In this document: positions 25,255 through 37,509 of the stretch, in pieces
Layout: every line of letters starts with the position of its first letter
Position numbering within the stretch: the first letter of the stretch is position 1
Assembly: GCA_000934665.2 (NCBI GenBank)
Contig: JYFJ02000984.1
Coordinates: 1 to 64,000, forward strand
Length of the DNA stretch: 64,000 nt
Reading direction: 5' to 3'
DNA from: Catajapyx aquilonaris
Taxonomy: Eukaryota
Made by a program: the position numbers and the translations under genes
Notes under the pieces: generated by a model
Databases searched by the model: none
Told to the model about the DNA's origin: nothing
The model's input: the letters and a program-made list of their open reading frames with translations, nothing else

Positions 25255-26739
25255 TCAGGCCGAATACAGTACGTCACATATGAATATGCCCATTTGGTAG
25301 GTGTGAAGGCGCCGCACCAGATTGTCCTTAAATTCAACTGGCAGGTTTTGCAGCATGGTACCGCTCAGGTGCACAAGGGTCATCTCGCTACCTGCTCTCT
25401 CCAGAATGGTCATGACCGCCTCTGAAGAGAGTTGGTTGCTCTCTAGGAATAGCTGGCCCAACTGCTTCAATGGGTACTGCATGATTATGTTCTTCAGGAA
25501 ATCATCTGTCAGTGAATGACCCGCAGTGTTTTCGGTCATGCGGATGATGCTCAGGTCATGAGCCGAGGAGAGTATGTAGTGCATGTGCTTCGGGAGGACG
25601 GTGTCGTTGTCGAACATGCTGAGCTTCAGGAGCTGCGCGAAAGGTACGTGTGAACACACCAGGTTCCTGAAGTTGGGTATGAATCGGCAACGGGTCATCG
25701 TGATCTCTCTCAGGTTTGGGCAGAGCAGTCCGATCACGCTCAGGTCCACTTCGGTGATGCTGTTGATGCCCAGGTTTGTCAGGTTGTGGAGTTGGACTGT
25801 GTTGAACAGGACGTCGAAGGGACATCTAGCAGTCACATTAAGAGTGTGGACTCGCGGAAATATGAGTTGGGACAGCTCTGGACAGGTACCCATAACGCAC
25901 AAGTTTTCCATGTGCAACAGTCCATTGAGCGACATCAGTGAGTCCGATACCTGTCGCTTTCTGACGCACAGCTTCCGGAGGAACGGGAAGTGCAGGAGCA
26001 CTTTGGTGGACAGTTCTGGATCAGCCAGGATGTTCACGAAGTTCCTGAGCAGGTACGTCCTCTCACACTTCTGGAGGACACCGCTTATGGTGGGAGATGG
26101 CACGTTGAAGAACTTCAGCTTCGGGAAGGTGTCCAGAACCAAAAGAGCATCCTCGTCCATCATGCTGTCCGTCACGATGTTGAATATCCTAATGTGGACA
26201 CATTTGGACAAAAGAAGTATCTCATCTCGTGTGATCGGACACACGAACTCCACTTCCTGAAGGTGCCGGCAGTCCTGCGACATCTGGGCGATGATCGACT
26301 TGTCCAGCTTCAGACCCGGCAGCTTCATGCATGTCAGATTCGGAAGGACACCGACCTGACTGATGGACCCTCGGACGTAGGATCTGCTGGACAGGCGTTT
26401 CAGCTTGCCCAGATCTCCCATCCTCTCGAATATCTCTTGGATGAGACTCATTGGAGGAGAGGTCATCAGAGAGATCTCCCTGCACTCCGGGTGGAACACG
26501 TAGCCCAGGTTCATGTTCTTCACCAGCTCGTCGTCGGCAGTCATCTCCGCCAGGGTCATCAACTTGTCCATGAGCTGGTCTGCCAGGAAGTACGGAATCT
26601 CCTGGACGTACTTGCGGATCTCCTGGAATATCTGGGCTGAGTCGCAAACGCAGCGACCCTTGCAGGTGTTTACAAGGGTCACGATGACGCGTATCAGGCA
26701 ACCGCTCTTCAGGCATTGAGGCTGCTTCTTCTTGGGCAT
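25255..26739 (-). CDS. Intronless leucine-rich-repeat protein with a BC-box/cullin-box-like N-terminus (putative cullin-RING ligase substrate receptor). Start at 26739 or 26772
   Basis: About 500 aa uninterrupted ORF with GC-rich codon bias. LRR-like units PNLTCMKL, CRHLQEVEF, FPKLKFFNV, FPFLRKLCV, CPNLREITM. N-terminal PQCLKSGCLIRV and IPYFLADQLMDKLM. Confidence 0.8.
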   Translation of the reverse strand: MPKKKQPQCLKSGCLIRVIVTLVNTCKGRCVCDSAQIFQEIRKYVQEIPYFLADQLMDKLMTLAEMTADDELVKNMNLGYVFHPECREISLMTSPPMSLIQEIFERMGDLGKLKRLSSRSYVRGSISQVGVLPNLTCMKLPGLKLDKSIIAQMSQDCRHLQEVEFVCPITRDEILLLSKCVHIRIFNIVTDSMMDEDALLVLDTFPKLKFFNVPSPTISGVLQKCERTYLLRNFVNILADPELSTKVLLHFPFLRKLCVRKRQVSDSLMSLNGLLHMENLCVMGTCPELSQLIFPRVHTLNVTARCPFDVLFNTVQLHNLTNLGINSITEVDLSVIGLLCPNLREITMTRCRFIPNFRNLVCSHVPFAQLLKLSMFDNDTVLPKHMHYILSSAHDLSIIRMTENTAGHSLTDDFLKNIIMQYPLKQLGQLFLESNQLSSEAVMTILERAGSEMTLVHLSGTMLQNLPVEFKDNLVRRLHTYQMGIFICDVLYSA

Positions 26740-27018
26740 GCTGGCTAGAAGAAACGAAAGCTCAAAGGTCATTTAAGATTTTTTCTCAATTGACATGGTG
26801 GACTTTGCCCGCTCAGTGACTCATCACCAACGTGCATGAAGTACCACTTTCGCCCTGAGAGTGGCAGGAGTGTGCAGAGGGAGAGCCTATGCACCAACTG
26901 GTAGTGGTCTATCGTACTACGTCCAAGTTGGGGGGTTGGACCAAGCAGTGTTGCCAAAATTTGGCAACAGGTCTGCTATACTAGTAATTTAACTGTATTT
27001 AATATTATTTATTGTTTT

Positions 27019-27105
27019 TAATTGAGGGGCCCTCTGCAATAACAAGGTAAGAGCCATTACTCTAACTCACCTCTTACCTTGTTATTGCAGAGGGCCCCTC
27101 AATTA
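27019..27105. repeat. Perfect 35-bp inverted repeat with a 17-nt spacer
   Basis: TAATTGAGGGGCCCTCTGCAATAACAAGGTAAGAG (27019-27053) and its exact reverse complement (27071-27105). Confidence 0.95.
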
Positions 27106-27162
27106 TGAATTACGCACATACTGTATTATTAGCAATTATTGCTTGTTCATTTATTAATCTTT

Positions 27163-27260
27163 CATTTATATTTATACGTTCACTTATTCATTATTCATTT
27201 ATATTTATGCGTTCACTTATTCATTATTCATTTATATTTATGCGTTCATTATTCATTATT
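27163..27260. repeat. 33-bp AT-rich tandem repeat (about 3 copies)
   Basis: TTTAT(A/G)CGTTCA recurs at 27171, 27204 and 27237. Confidence 0.85.
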
Positions 27261-28524
27261 CATTACTTCTGCAGGTATATTGTTTATTATTTATATTATT
27301 TACACTTTACATCAATATATTTTTGTAATATTTAATGCCGAGAGCGAATTAGGAAGGGGTGTAGGTCAACTTATCGAGATTGTAGCAAAATTTTGGCCAG
27401 GTGTTACTTTTGTAACATAATAAGGAAGAGAATCGCTAGTTTTATCATAGTAAATTTTTTATATTAATTATTAAATTTTGCATTGACACATTATTTACTG
27501 GCAGTACCGTTAATTCTCCCACTTCCTCTGCAATACCCTCTGCCTGACTTGAATCAACAATATTTATTGAAGGATGAGGAACTTACTGTAATAAGGCTTC
27601 TATTTGTTGTGGTACTGCGTTGTTGTCTGTAAACCAGTGTCGGTAAAATCAAAGTTGGCTACAAAGCATAACAACAATCTGCACTACCGATAATGCATGC
27701 AAGCAGCTATTAATTACATATTATACACGGGAGCTGAACTGACTCCGTGTCATTCCTTGCCAGTAGCAACTGTATATATAACAATCCCATAACTTAGCAA
27801 CGATTCATATTATTTTTAACCAATAATTAACTTTAAGGTGTTTGCCAGATTTCAATCGTCTTTATTTCTTGTTGATCCGTTATTTCCAGGCCTGCTTCAA
27901 TATATCGATAATCCTTCCCCGACGATTATATCGATACACTCCCGTCTACTTTTTTCCCGATATAAAAATTGACGCCATTAAAAATTTCTTCTGGTCGAGT
28001 GAAGATCCGGGCAGACTGGTTCCGCCCCTGTGTCGGCCCAGGGTCTGGCCCCAGCATGTTGGAAGCCACCACCTGAAGGCAGGGAAGGGGCAAGCGGCCC
28101 CGAGGAATGCGGGGCCGACTTGAGCGCAGAGAGATAAGCGCCCCTCGTCTAGATTCTTCCCGGGCCTTCGTAGAATGTTCCATGTTTGTGACGTCATCAT
28201 TAGTAGTTGATTTTTTTTTCTCCAGTTGTTTTTAGGGGTTAAAACTTACAAACACTGATTGTGTTTTACCAGTTTTAAGTAGTGCTACATAACTGGGTAC
28301 TACATTTTTATAAAGTAGGCCTACGTTTTTAGGTACATTAATGAATGTTGTGGCAAATGCTGAATTTTTTGTGACAGGTGTGCAAGTTTTTAGGACTACT
28401 GATATTTTTTAGTTAAATTGTAATTAATTTTAGTTAATCATGGTTAATTTATTTCGTTATTTAACTAGTTAATTTCATAGTTATTTAATTATAGTTCATT
28501 TCATGTGGTTATTTAATTTAGGAG

Positions 28525-28725
28525 GAGGAGATTGTGAAGAAAGTTTATTTGGGTGGAGTAGTTGGTAAGAGGGGCAAGGGTAGGGCTAGGAAGACATGGT
28601 TGGACCAGGTGGGTCAGTGTCTTAAGGGTGTTGCTAGTGTTAAGCCGAGACGTTCACGTGTCAATAGGACCATGGACGTGACAGGCTAGGGTTGTTTGTT
28701 TGGATAGGTGTAAATGGCGTAGGTT
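28525..28725 (+). mobile_element. 3' end of an RTE-clade LINE (5'-truncated)
   Basis: Translates to EIVKKVYLGGVVGKRGKGRARKTWLDQV and, downstream, LDRCKWRR. These match the GxRxxGRxxxxW and DRxxWR C-terminal motifs of RTE ORFs. Confidence 0.75.
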
Positions 28726-28903
28726 AATTAATGGCTAAATAGGTAAATAGGCTTCCTTTGCTCCGGCGAGTAGAGGGGACGTCCCTGGCGGGGTCGATGA
28801 AGTGCAAGGGAGGTGCCATACACGTCAGCGTGGCCAGGGCGTCCGGAGTAGTGGCTGGTAGCGCGGGGGGAGGAGGGGCTTGTTTTTGACGAAGTACAGT
28901 ATT

Positions 28904-29115
28904 ATTATTATTATTACCCCATGCTCGAGCCATTGCGGCTCATTTTGGGGGGGAGGGGAAAGGCCCTGGCAGCTAAGGGAGTGCAATGCTGCCCCGGCGT
29001 GTCGGGTGAAAAGCGGAAAAAGACCCGGCCAAGCAGAGGTGACGGGGACGGGATTTGAACCCCGGCCTCCCGCTTGACTAGCCAGTGGCGTAACCACTAG
29101 ACTACCACACCTCCC
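28904..29115 (-). mobile_element. tRNA-derived SINE with (TAA)n tail and 18-bp TSD
   Basis: Head GGGAGGTGTGGTAGTCTAGTGG...GGTTCAAATCC. TSD TTGACGAAGTACAGTATT at 28886-28903 and 29116-29133. Confidence 0.88.
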
Positions 29116-29692
29116 TTGACGAAGTACAGTATTGCATAGTATAAGATTTAAATTTAATATTGAGTGTCTGATTCTGAGGTAGGCAGGGGTGGGGGTGGGA
29201 CGGGTTGTTTTTAGGTTTATTCTCATGAGTTTTATTAGTTCATATGTTGGGTTAGCTTGCGTCTCCCTTCATCGCTGACTACCCCTCATAGGGAAATGTC
29301 GTGATGTTGTTGTTGTAATTTCATATTGTTATTTAATTAGAGTTAATTTTATTTTAACTAATTGATAAATGTTATAATTATTTATGATATAATTGATCGA
29401 TTAATTAGCTATAATTATTATCGTGCAATAAATTCCATGTATTTAATTTTTGTAATTTTACAATTTTGCATTTTTATATTTTAGATTTTGTTTAATTAAA
29501 TGAATTAGATACATAATTTAAAATTACTTCAGCAGCTACAGTAGTTAGTTTTAGGCTAATTTATCTAGGCCTTATTGGTTGATTAACGGCATTACATTTT
29601 TTGTTGTGCTGATTGGACTGCACAATATTGCAGATGGATTGAGGACTGATGATTAGTACTTGATTATTGTTGGTAACATTTTTATATTGTTA

Positions 29693-29860
29693 AGGGCAGT
29701 AGCCACTGCTCCAGTTCTAGGCTTTCAACCCGTTCAGCCCCTTGAATCAACCCCTTGAAAGCCTTGAGAGCTGGGCTTGAATAGACCACTGTCCAACCTT
29801 CTTCAACCCATTGAATTCAAGGGGTTGAAACCCCCTGATATTGAGCAGTGGATACCGCCT
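29693..29860. mobile_element. Small MITE flanked by TA
   Basis: TIRs AGGGCAGTAGCCACTGCTC and GAGCAGTGGATACCGCCT. Internal TCAACCC/CCCCTTGAA sub-repeats. Confidence 0.7.
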
Positions 29861-30366
29861 TACAGTGGCAGAAATAATTACAGTAGTAAATCATCACATG
29901 CTAAAATGCATAATCAATGGTAGAACCTGGTGCAAGGTGTGAAGTTGCACCGTTAAATGTAAATTACATGACATTTGAGTGTGGCATGACAAGAAGGTCA
30001 TAACCAACTTAACGCAACTTCTTACAGTACTGTTCTTCCATTCAGAGAAAAACTGGGAAGGTTTTGTTGAACTTTTGCTGCTGTTGCAAGCCAACAATAC
30101 ATGTAATGTGAAAGTAAAATCAAAAGTTGGTTACGACCTTGTCATGGCACACTCAAATAATAAACTTAGTTGAGATTTTCATATTTCTGATAACAATGCA
30201 TAGCCATGGAAGTTAATATTACATGAAAGCCCATGGCATTATACTAGAGAGCTACATAATACAACCAGTAGAAGCTCACTTGCTAAGGTTATTTATTTGG
30301 ACACATACAACACCATAGGTGCTTTTAGTTGGCTTGAAACTGCATTGTGTGTTTCAGTTGTTCACA

Positions 30367-31020
30367 TGTTGTGTTATCGGGTTTGGAACATGGAGCGAGT
30401 GAAAGATGTGACTAGTCCAGGACTAGTCTTTGGAACATCATCTGTAAGTTTAATCAACAATACATAGTCATAGTAACCATGCAACATCCCCCTTTCTGTG
30501 GAGTTCAAAAATTCATCTAGAAGGCCTCAAGACTCGTCCGATACTCGTCACAAGGTCTTGTGTCTCACTGTCTGGTACCGCAGTTGCAGATGGCTGCTCC
30601 TCCCAGGAAGGCTGCTGTCTCTCGGGAGTCTGGACACTCACTTCAGTAGATCTCACCTTCTCTGGAATCTGGTCACTCACCTCACCTCACGGTTCTCCAA
30701 CACCTGTAGGCTTGGAGAAGGACCTAGGTGATGTGGATTCTTCAGCACTGGACCCAATGCAGTCTCTACTAGGTAGGATCTTGGTGTCCCTTCAGGTCTA
30801 GTCACAACCCTGCCATGGCGGAGATCGACAATCCTGACATGATCACCTGGATGTAAAGGCTTAAAGGGTGAACCCCCATGGTCGTGGTCCCTCGTCTGTC
30901 TGTCGCAGAGTTTCTCTTCTTTCTCGCACAACTCCTTTTCATCGGGAGTAGAGGGGAGAAGAGTGGAGGACAGGGAAGGGAGCGTATATCTAATATTCCG
31001 CCCCATGCTCAGCTCTGCTA
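30367..31020 (-). mobile_element. Ty3/gypsy 3' fragment: integrase C-terminus, PPT and about 120-bp 3' LTR (30486-30367)
   Basis: AELSMGRNIRYTLP...LHPGDHVRI...TPRSYLVET. PPT AGAAAGGGGGA directly before TGTTGC...ACAACA, with an internal ATTAAA. Confidence 0.8.
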
Positions 31021-31699
31021 TAGAAAATGTTTTCCAGTTGTCGTACAGTTGTCGTAAGGGATATTATTTTGTCTTCAATGGCATGTCTTGAAATACACTA
31101 TTACTTCAATATGTGTGAGTCTTTATAGAGGAAAGTTAGTTGAATTTCTGAGAATAATAGTGTGCCAGCTAGGAGTATGTTGATTTCTATAGAAAAGTTT
31201 TTCAGGGTGTGAAACAGTATATACAATTTATTATAGGAGGAATTGGAGTGTGTTTTACAGTTTCACAGGGTGTGACATAGTTCCTGAAGTATGAACAAAG
31301 TGATGAGTTTTTTAAATAAAATATGAAAAACACCACTTTATTGTCAGAAAGACCTTTCCTACAGACGGTATCAGATTATGGTGCTTGTAGCTCAGCACCA
31401 TAAAGTGGAACTGTCCCAATTACAATCATCTACTGTCTACACCTTCTGTGGAATGAATGAAGTGAATGAATTATTATTCACAAGGACCTGACGATGCCTA
31501 ATAAGGATGCAGGCGGTTATCCACCAAGATGCCTGGAATCCTTATTTCAGTCCATTCCTTACTTTAATTAATACAAATGAAAATAATTACAAGTCACAAA
31601 GGAAACAAACCAGTGTGTAACAATACAGCCTATTTCCAGTTATTAACTTCCCCTTCGTTTTCGGTTTTAAAAGCAGCAGAGCCCAGAAATGACATGATT

Positions 31700-34600
31700 C
31701 ACTGCTCAAGGAAGCTTCATTACGTGGGTGCCAAAAATATAGTGACTATTGTAGATACAGTATCATAGAAATATTGCAAATACCCGCAAAAATGAATATC
31801 TCAGTCACCCCAAACAATTTCATCTACTCTTTTGACATGAATACTTACTACTTGAATGCTACTCTTCTGATGACATGTAAATGTGCAGAATTCCAGGAAT
31901 AGCTGTGGAGGAAGAAGATTGATTGTTGGTGGTTTGTGGCGTTGGTCATTCTCTTCCTGCCGTGTCTTTCCCTCCTTAAAACCAGGACTTGAAGATGTCC
32001 ATTGTCGCATGGCTGCTACCTATACAATGTGATTCGTCATGTGACTTCCACATTTTATGCAAAAGGTGTTGTGGTTACATTAGGTACACAAGTACTGTAA
32101 TGGGTAATACAGTCAGACCGTCTAAATTCTCAAGGATTTTTATTTGGTACAGTGTGTGTTTTATGACTTGGGATGTAAGGAACTTTATACAAAAATGAAA
32201 GAGTAAGGAGTCGCTTTCTGTAATTTGGGGTTGGACAAAACTGTTGGTGGCGGCATAAATGTGATGGCCGCATTCTAATTCTGGTGGACCTGTCTATGTA
32301 CAGTACATCAGGCTTGTAATGTCAATATGGTGACGTAATTATTGCGACAAGATGTGTAGCGCATTAGTCAAATAATCAAGTCTTGTCCCATGGCATTGTT
32401 ATAATATTGTTGAGCTTCATGGTGTGATAATGTGACATTGAAGTGTACCAAGGAGATCTGAACTGAAGTGTTTCATCCTCCTCCACTATCTAATTTTTGG
32501 ACATAATGGGGAGATGGTTGAAGCCTCAGGTTGATCTGTACGGATATTTACAATGTTCAGTATGCATGTGCAGCTAGAAGGGTTAATTCCTTCCTTATTC
32601 TGCCCTGTTGGTGGAGGTGTCAACTTATATTACTTACTGGCCTGGTTTAAATGCACTGATGGGCTAGTCAATGATTAGACAGTATTTTTCAGTGTAATTT
32701 TACTGGCAAAGTAGAATTTGCTTGTTCAGATAATTAGGCTGCCAAGTGGGAACTTCTCTCCACGCTGTAAATGGGTCGCAGCCAAAAACTTGTGAGAAAA
32801 GGCTTGCATTGACAGTGTAAATATTTGGTTACTGGAATGTTGTTAGCCTATCCATATTTCATCATTGTGTTCCCTTTTATTTCCTATCGTGTTTAGAACA
32901 AAATGTGTTTCACAGAGTAGGTTGCTTTTTTCTTATTGTATGTGACTGAAAAGGTGACAACCTGGTGGGCATTCCTATGCATTCAGCATTTGTTACTGAA
33001 TGTGATATCATGAATTCATTGACCCTCTTCATAAGTCCAGCCATAAATATTCTATAGGCTACATAAACATAGGAAGTCTTATTGTAAAGAAAAATAGTAT
33101 ACGGTCTGAAGCTTTTCAGTATTTTTATTCCCCATTTGTTTGCTTTATAAATGCAATCTACTGGAGTCCTTTCAGCATCATAATAACTTCCGAGCGGAAC
33201 AGTAATTTCGTACGAAAGCATATTTGATAGCTCATACGAAACATCTGAGTCTAATTTGTCCTCACCCAAACAGCAAGCTAGATTTAGATCAAATCTAGCT
33301 AAACAAGCCTTTGGCACAGTGAGTGATAGTCAAGTCGGATTTCATTCTTACTGATGATGATTGTGTGGAATCGGTGAAAGAAGAGTGGCTGCGGATTAAT
33401 TACTGCTAATAATGTGTAGTCATCTTGCCCATTTAGAACAAGATCAGCCACCATGTCATATTGCTTTAGTAAGCCCAGAATTAAATTGCATTTTTGGGGG
33501 AATTGGTCTTTGTAGTGCTCCAATGTTGTTGACTATTTTAATCAAAGTTAATTGGGCAAAGGGAATCGATCTCCCATGGTGACCGCTCACATGGTGAATG
33601 TGTAGTGTCCCTTAATACAATTGTAAAATGTACAGCTTGCCTTCATGTAATGGTGTCATGGTTTGTCAGTTTGTATGGTCATGTGATGGAATTCTGTGAG
33701 TTCTTTGCATACAGATGGTCCCACATAATTTTCGCTTGCGTGGAACATTCGATGGGATTGACTGTCAGTCTAAGCAGTGTTGCTGTTTCCACATGGCTCT
33801 TGTTGTAGACAATCAGTGTTGCCTGTCTTAATATGTTGATGAATATACTTTTCCCCTCAAGTGTAAGTGCATCACATGGGTATTAATATTTTGTAAATGC
33901 CGCAAATGGGTCATGTTTTTTTAAAATGTTGAGCTGTTTTTGTTACATCAGTGTCACACAGTGCCACAGATCTTGTGTAAAGATAATACCTTCCCAACAC
34001 ATCTTGTTCCTTTATGTCGGCGCTGGAGAAGTTATGTCCGTCCCGGTGTCTTTCTCTGTAACAGATTGTGTACTCGATTTTGTCGCACCTGTGCATGTAG
34101 GTGTAGGTTTTGGTCGTAGTAGTGACCGACAGCCACTATTGCTGCATCAGCTGTACATTCGTGTGATTCTTGGAGGGACATCGAAGCCAGAAAGGACTTT
34201 TGGGGATAGGAAGCATACTGAGAAGGACGCCAGTCATTCCTCGCTTCTATTTTTCTACTCGCTTTTCTCATCGTGTATCCATCTTAGCATTTTCTAACAC
34301 CAAAAGATGAAATGTAATGTAAAGTTAATACCAGTTTGTCTTTGTGATTCTAAAACCGTGAATCTAATGCCAACTTGGGCACTATCATGTCCCTGTTTCA
34401 ATTCTGAATATTATTCATTAATGTCAAGACGGTAGCAGGCGAAGTTACTTCTGGGAAACGATGGTATTATTGGTAGCATCAATATAAGATAACACTGCAA
34501 CCGCGAAGTTAGTCGCAGCAAAAATATTCCAACCGGACTTTCTTCATTGCAAGTGTCCTGGTTCTTATGAGAAATATTCCAAGTGGTCAGTGTTCCAGGT

Positions 34601-34700
34601 TTTGTGTCCTCATACGAGGTAACCTGGGAGAAATGCATGTTGAAAGTGACTGTTTTGGTAGGGAAGTTGTCTTTATCATGACTGAGCTGTATCAATTGTC
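31700..34700 (-). pseudogene. Decayed ORF of an unidentified family, copy A (longest)
   Basis: Blocks homologous to 37.5-40.0, 52.0 and 57.6-57.9 kb: KMCWEG..FTQDLW, LAVINPQPLFF, LGEDKLDSD.SYE, ECIG.P.RLSPF, LFLE.C.F. Many stops and frameshifts. Confidence 0.7.
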
Positions 34701-36560
34701 ATGTCCTGCAGCATTGTCACCTTCGCGTCAAATATGTACGAAAAAAATAGTAAGAATAAATAAAATAAAATACGTACAATATGTGTATATCGTACATCAA
34801 TATAAAATGAACGTCAGTTGCACTTGTAACACCGCCAGGTCTCACACAACCAATTACTGCCCATTACATCATCAACGGCAACCTATTTTAAATAAAGCAA
34901 ATAGGTATTACACAACCCTAGCATATTCACTGCCAACACTGGCTCACCTCTCGTTGACCATGTCAGCCATCAGCTTCACACAGGTCTGCATCAAGGTTTC
35001 CACGATGCGTCGCCAGCGTGCATTAATTCTTTGCGCCTCATGAAAGCTTGAATGAGGATTTCCACGCCCAACCAATCATTGCTTTATTTAACATGGTCGG
35101 CCTGCAGCAACGGCCACTTGGAAATGGGTAAATAATGTACCTATTTCTTATCTTTCCACGTCAAGGACTAATTAAGCATTAAAAATAGCGATAATTCTGC
35201 CGTCTTTGTGCGCCATGTCAGTCACAATTTTTAGACTTTTTAAAAATTCTATATAAAAAATTCATTAATGTAATAAAGTGAGAGATGTATACTTGTTAAA
35301 ATGGAAACATTAATATTAATGCTGGCATGTTTAGGCTAACTGTCAATTTCTGGTCAAACACCCCTTTCGTTAAATGTTAATTTTGTGCAAAAGAAATAAA
35401 GAACGAAAGAAAGACAAATAATAGTGTTATGCCGTGTAAGTCAAGCATGGAATTCAACTATAATAATTGTTTCTAATGCAAATACATTTTTAGAATAAAT
35501 GTCAAAATTACTATTAACAATGAATGATGAGAATACGATTGTTACAATGCTTCGAGATAGTCATTGTTCAGGTGGGGTTTGGCTTCAATTTCTTGGCCGA
35601 ATCTTGTGAATCCCGGGTGAATCTGGCAGTATTAGTGAATGTCGTAGGTTTTTTTCATGTTGTCAGTCCCCTTCCATTCTGTTGTTTTCAGTTTTCTCTT
35701 CTGGATGTAGGATCATTTGTTGATTCCAATGGGCCCCGTCTCCAACATGTCTGTCTCTCTCGCCATCACACCCCCCGTCAGTTAAGCAATCAACCAACCA
35801 ATGGGTACCCAAGCTCCATAATTCGCAGGTTACCAGACAATGACTGCATGTTGCAGAGGAGTCCTGTTGCATCAAGGCAACCTTCCCTCATCTTGTTATT
35901 TGTCAGAGGAAGATAATTTTAGGTGGATATTATTGGCATATCTTGACATAGTTGGAACTGTCGTTTGAGTTCGTTTGTCAGTGAGAGGTGCCTAATGTCT
36001 TCCAAGTCTTTTTGTTCTGTATATTCTTCGTCATAATGCTCCTTTGGCTATCTGGACAGGACAACGGGTTGGAGGGACGCTTCTTTTCATATGCCTAGCA
36101 ACATCTTGCTTGTTCCCTACCTACTCAAGCGGGGACCTGAATCCGTTTGGATGTCCCTCTTATCGTCTTGAGCCCACAATACAGTATAATGACTGATGCG
36201 CCCGCCAAAAGTGGCTATGTTCGCCAAACCCTATTCCGAGAAAATGCCAATTTGGTAGATTCTATTTGTGTGGCTGACCGTCTGTAAATGGGATTCCCTG
36301 ATTCCATCCTCTTGTTATGGCTCCAAAAAAAATCTCATTTCGATCTTGCTCTTTGGCTCATTAGGTGCGCCTCTACTTGATGATTTTAATGGTGGTGTTA
36401 ACTCAAAAACGACAATGCTTTTGACGGACACCTTCTCATATAAATTATGATCCTGTGCTCTGTGGCGTATTGTATGTCTCAATGGTCGTTGGATTTGTTT
36501 AGCTGATGCATCTTGATGAATATGCAGTATATTGTCAAATAGGAACACTTCTCTTCATTG

Positions 36561-36935
36561 TGTGACCGTACCGGTTTTACTATGTCTAAACGTCCTACAG
36601 TTCAATGCATTCTGATGCTGCCCTGCATCACCTTTATCTCAGTGCATATTTGATTACCCCATTCGTCTCACTCTATACTTTCTGCCAGCACATGTCATGT
36701 GACTTTTCCTTTTGCTTCCGCCCATCATGCATTGTACTCTGCTATATAACGGAGTGAGCTGTTTCACTCCAGGCCTTTTTCCCCGGGACAATATCCCGGG
36801 GGACTGGTCGTGCCCCACCCCACCTTGATATCCTTTTTTCCTTTCACTAAATGTTTGTAAGATAACACATTAAAGAGGATGACAGAACTGAACCCACTGA
36901 CTATTTACTGTGTGTACCTAACCGCTCGGGTCACA
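36561..36935 (+). mobile_element. Solo LTR (375 bp) with 4-bp TSD
   Basis: TGTGACCG...CGGGTCACA termini, ATTG on both flanks, TATATAA at about 36743, ATTAAA at about 36870. Confidence 0.85.
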
Positions 36936-37509
36936 ATTGCAAGTGCTAAATGTTCACTTGGCCCAGAGTGAGACATCCTGTTGGTCGTTGTGGCGGATTT
37001 TAGGATTGGAATTTTATTGAATTTACATTCGAAGCATCACATGTCGCATTGCTGCTTTAAAAACTAACATATTAATCTTGCACAGTGGTTTATCCTGCTG
37101 AGTCACATAGCTTTGATGATGATAATTGTCAACGGGAGGGTGGCGTGAAGTTATTATACACCAGAAGACTTGTATTCTTCCCGGAGATACAGAGAGCCTT
37201 ATTTGCTTTGGCTCTCGCGTAACATTGTGGTTTGTATCATCGGACACTGTCCCATTTGCCTGATAGTTGGTGAAGCACCTTGTATACCACGCATGATATT
37301 CCACAATCCTAAACCCCCATCCTTTTTGCCATCATCAGGCTGTGGTGTACGAACGTTCGGCTTTCTCTTTTATCATTAGTTGGTATCGGCAGGTATCTAA
37401 CCTGTTGGGCTATATAAATGCACACAAAAACTCAAAACCTAATCAATAATGTGATAATTTTATGTATACAGTAGGTGTAACTGATATCGTTATAAAATAT
37501 TACGGTACC

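Noticed and set aside
25583..26719. Long antisense and alternate-frame ORFs over the LRR gene (likewise over the GRs and IR)
   Set aside because: Expected shadows of GC3-rich coding sequence; no recognisable motifs.
29035..29115. tRNA gene candidates (also 7680-7750)
   Set aside because: These are heads of SINEs with tails and TSDs.
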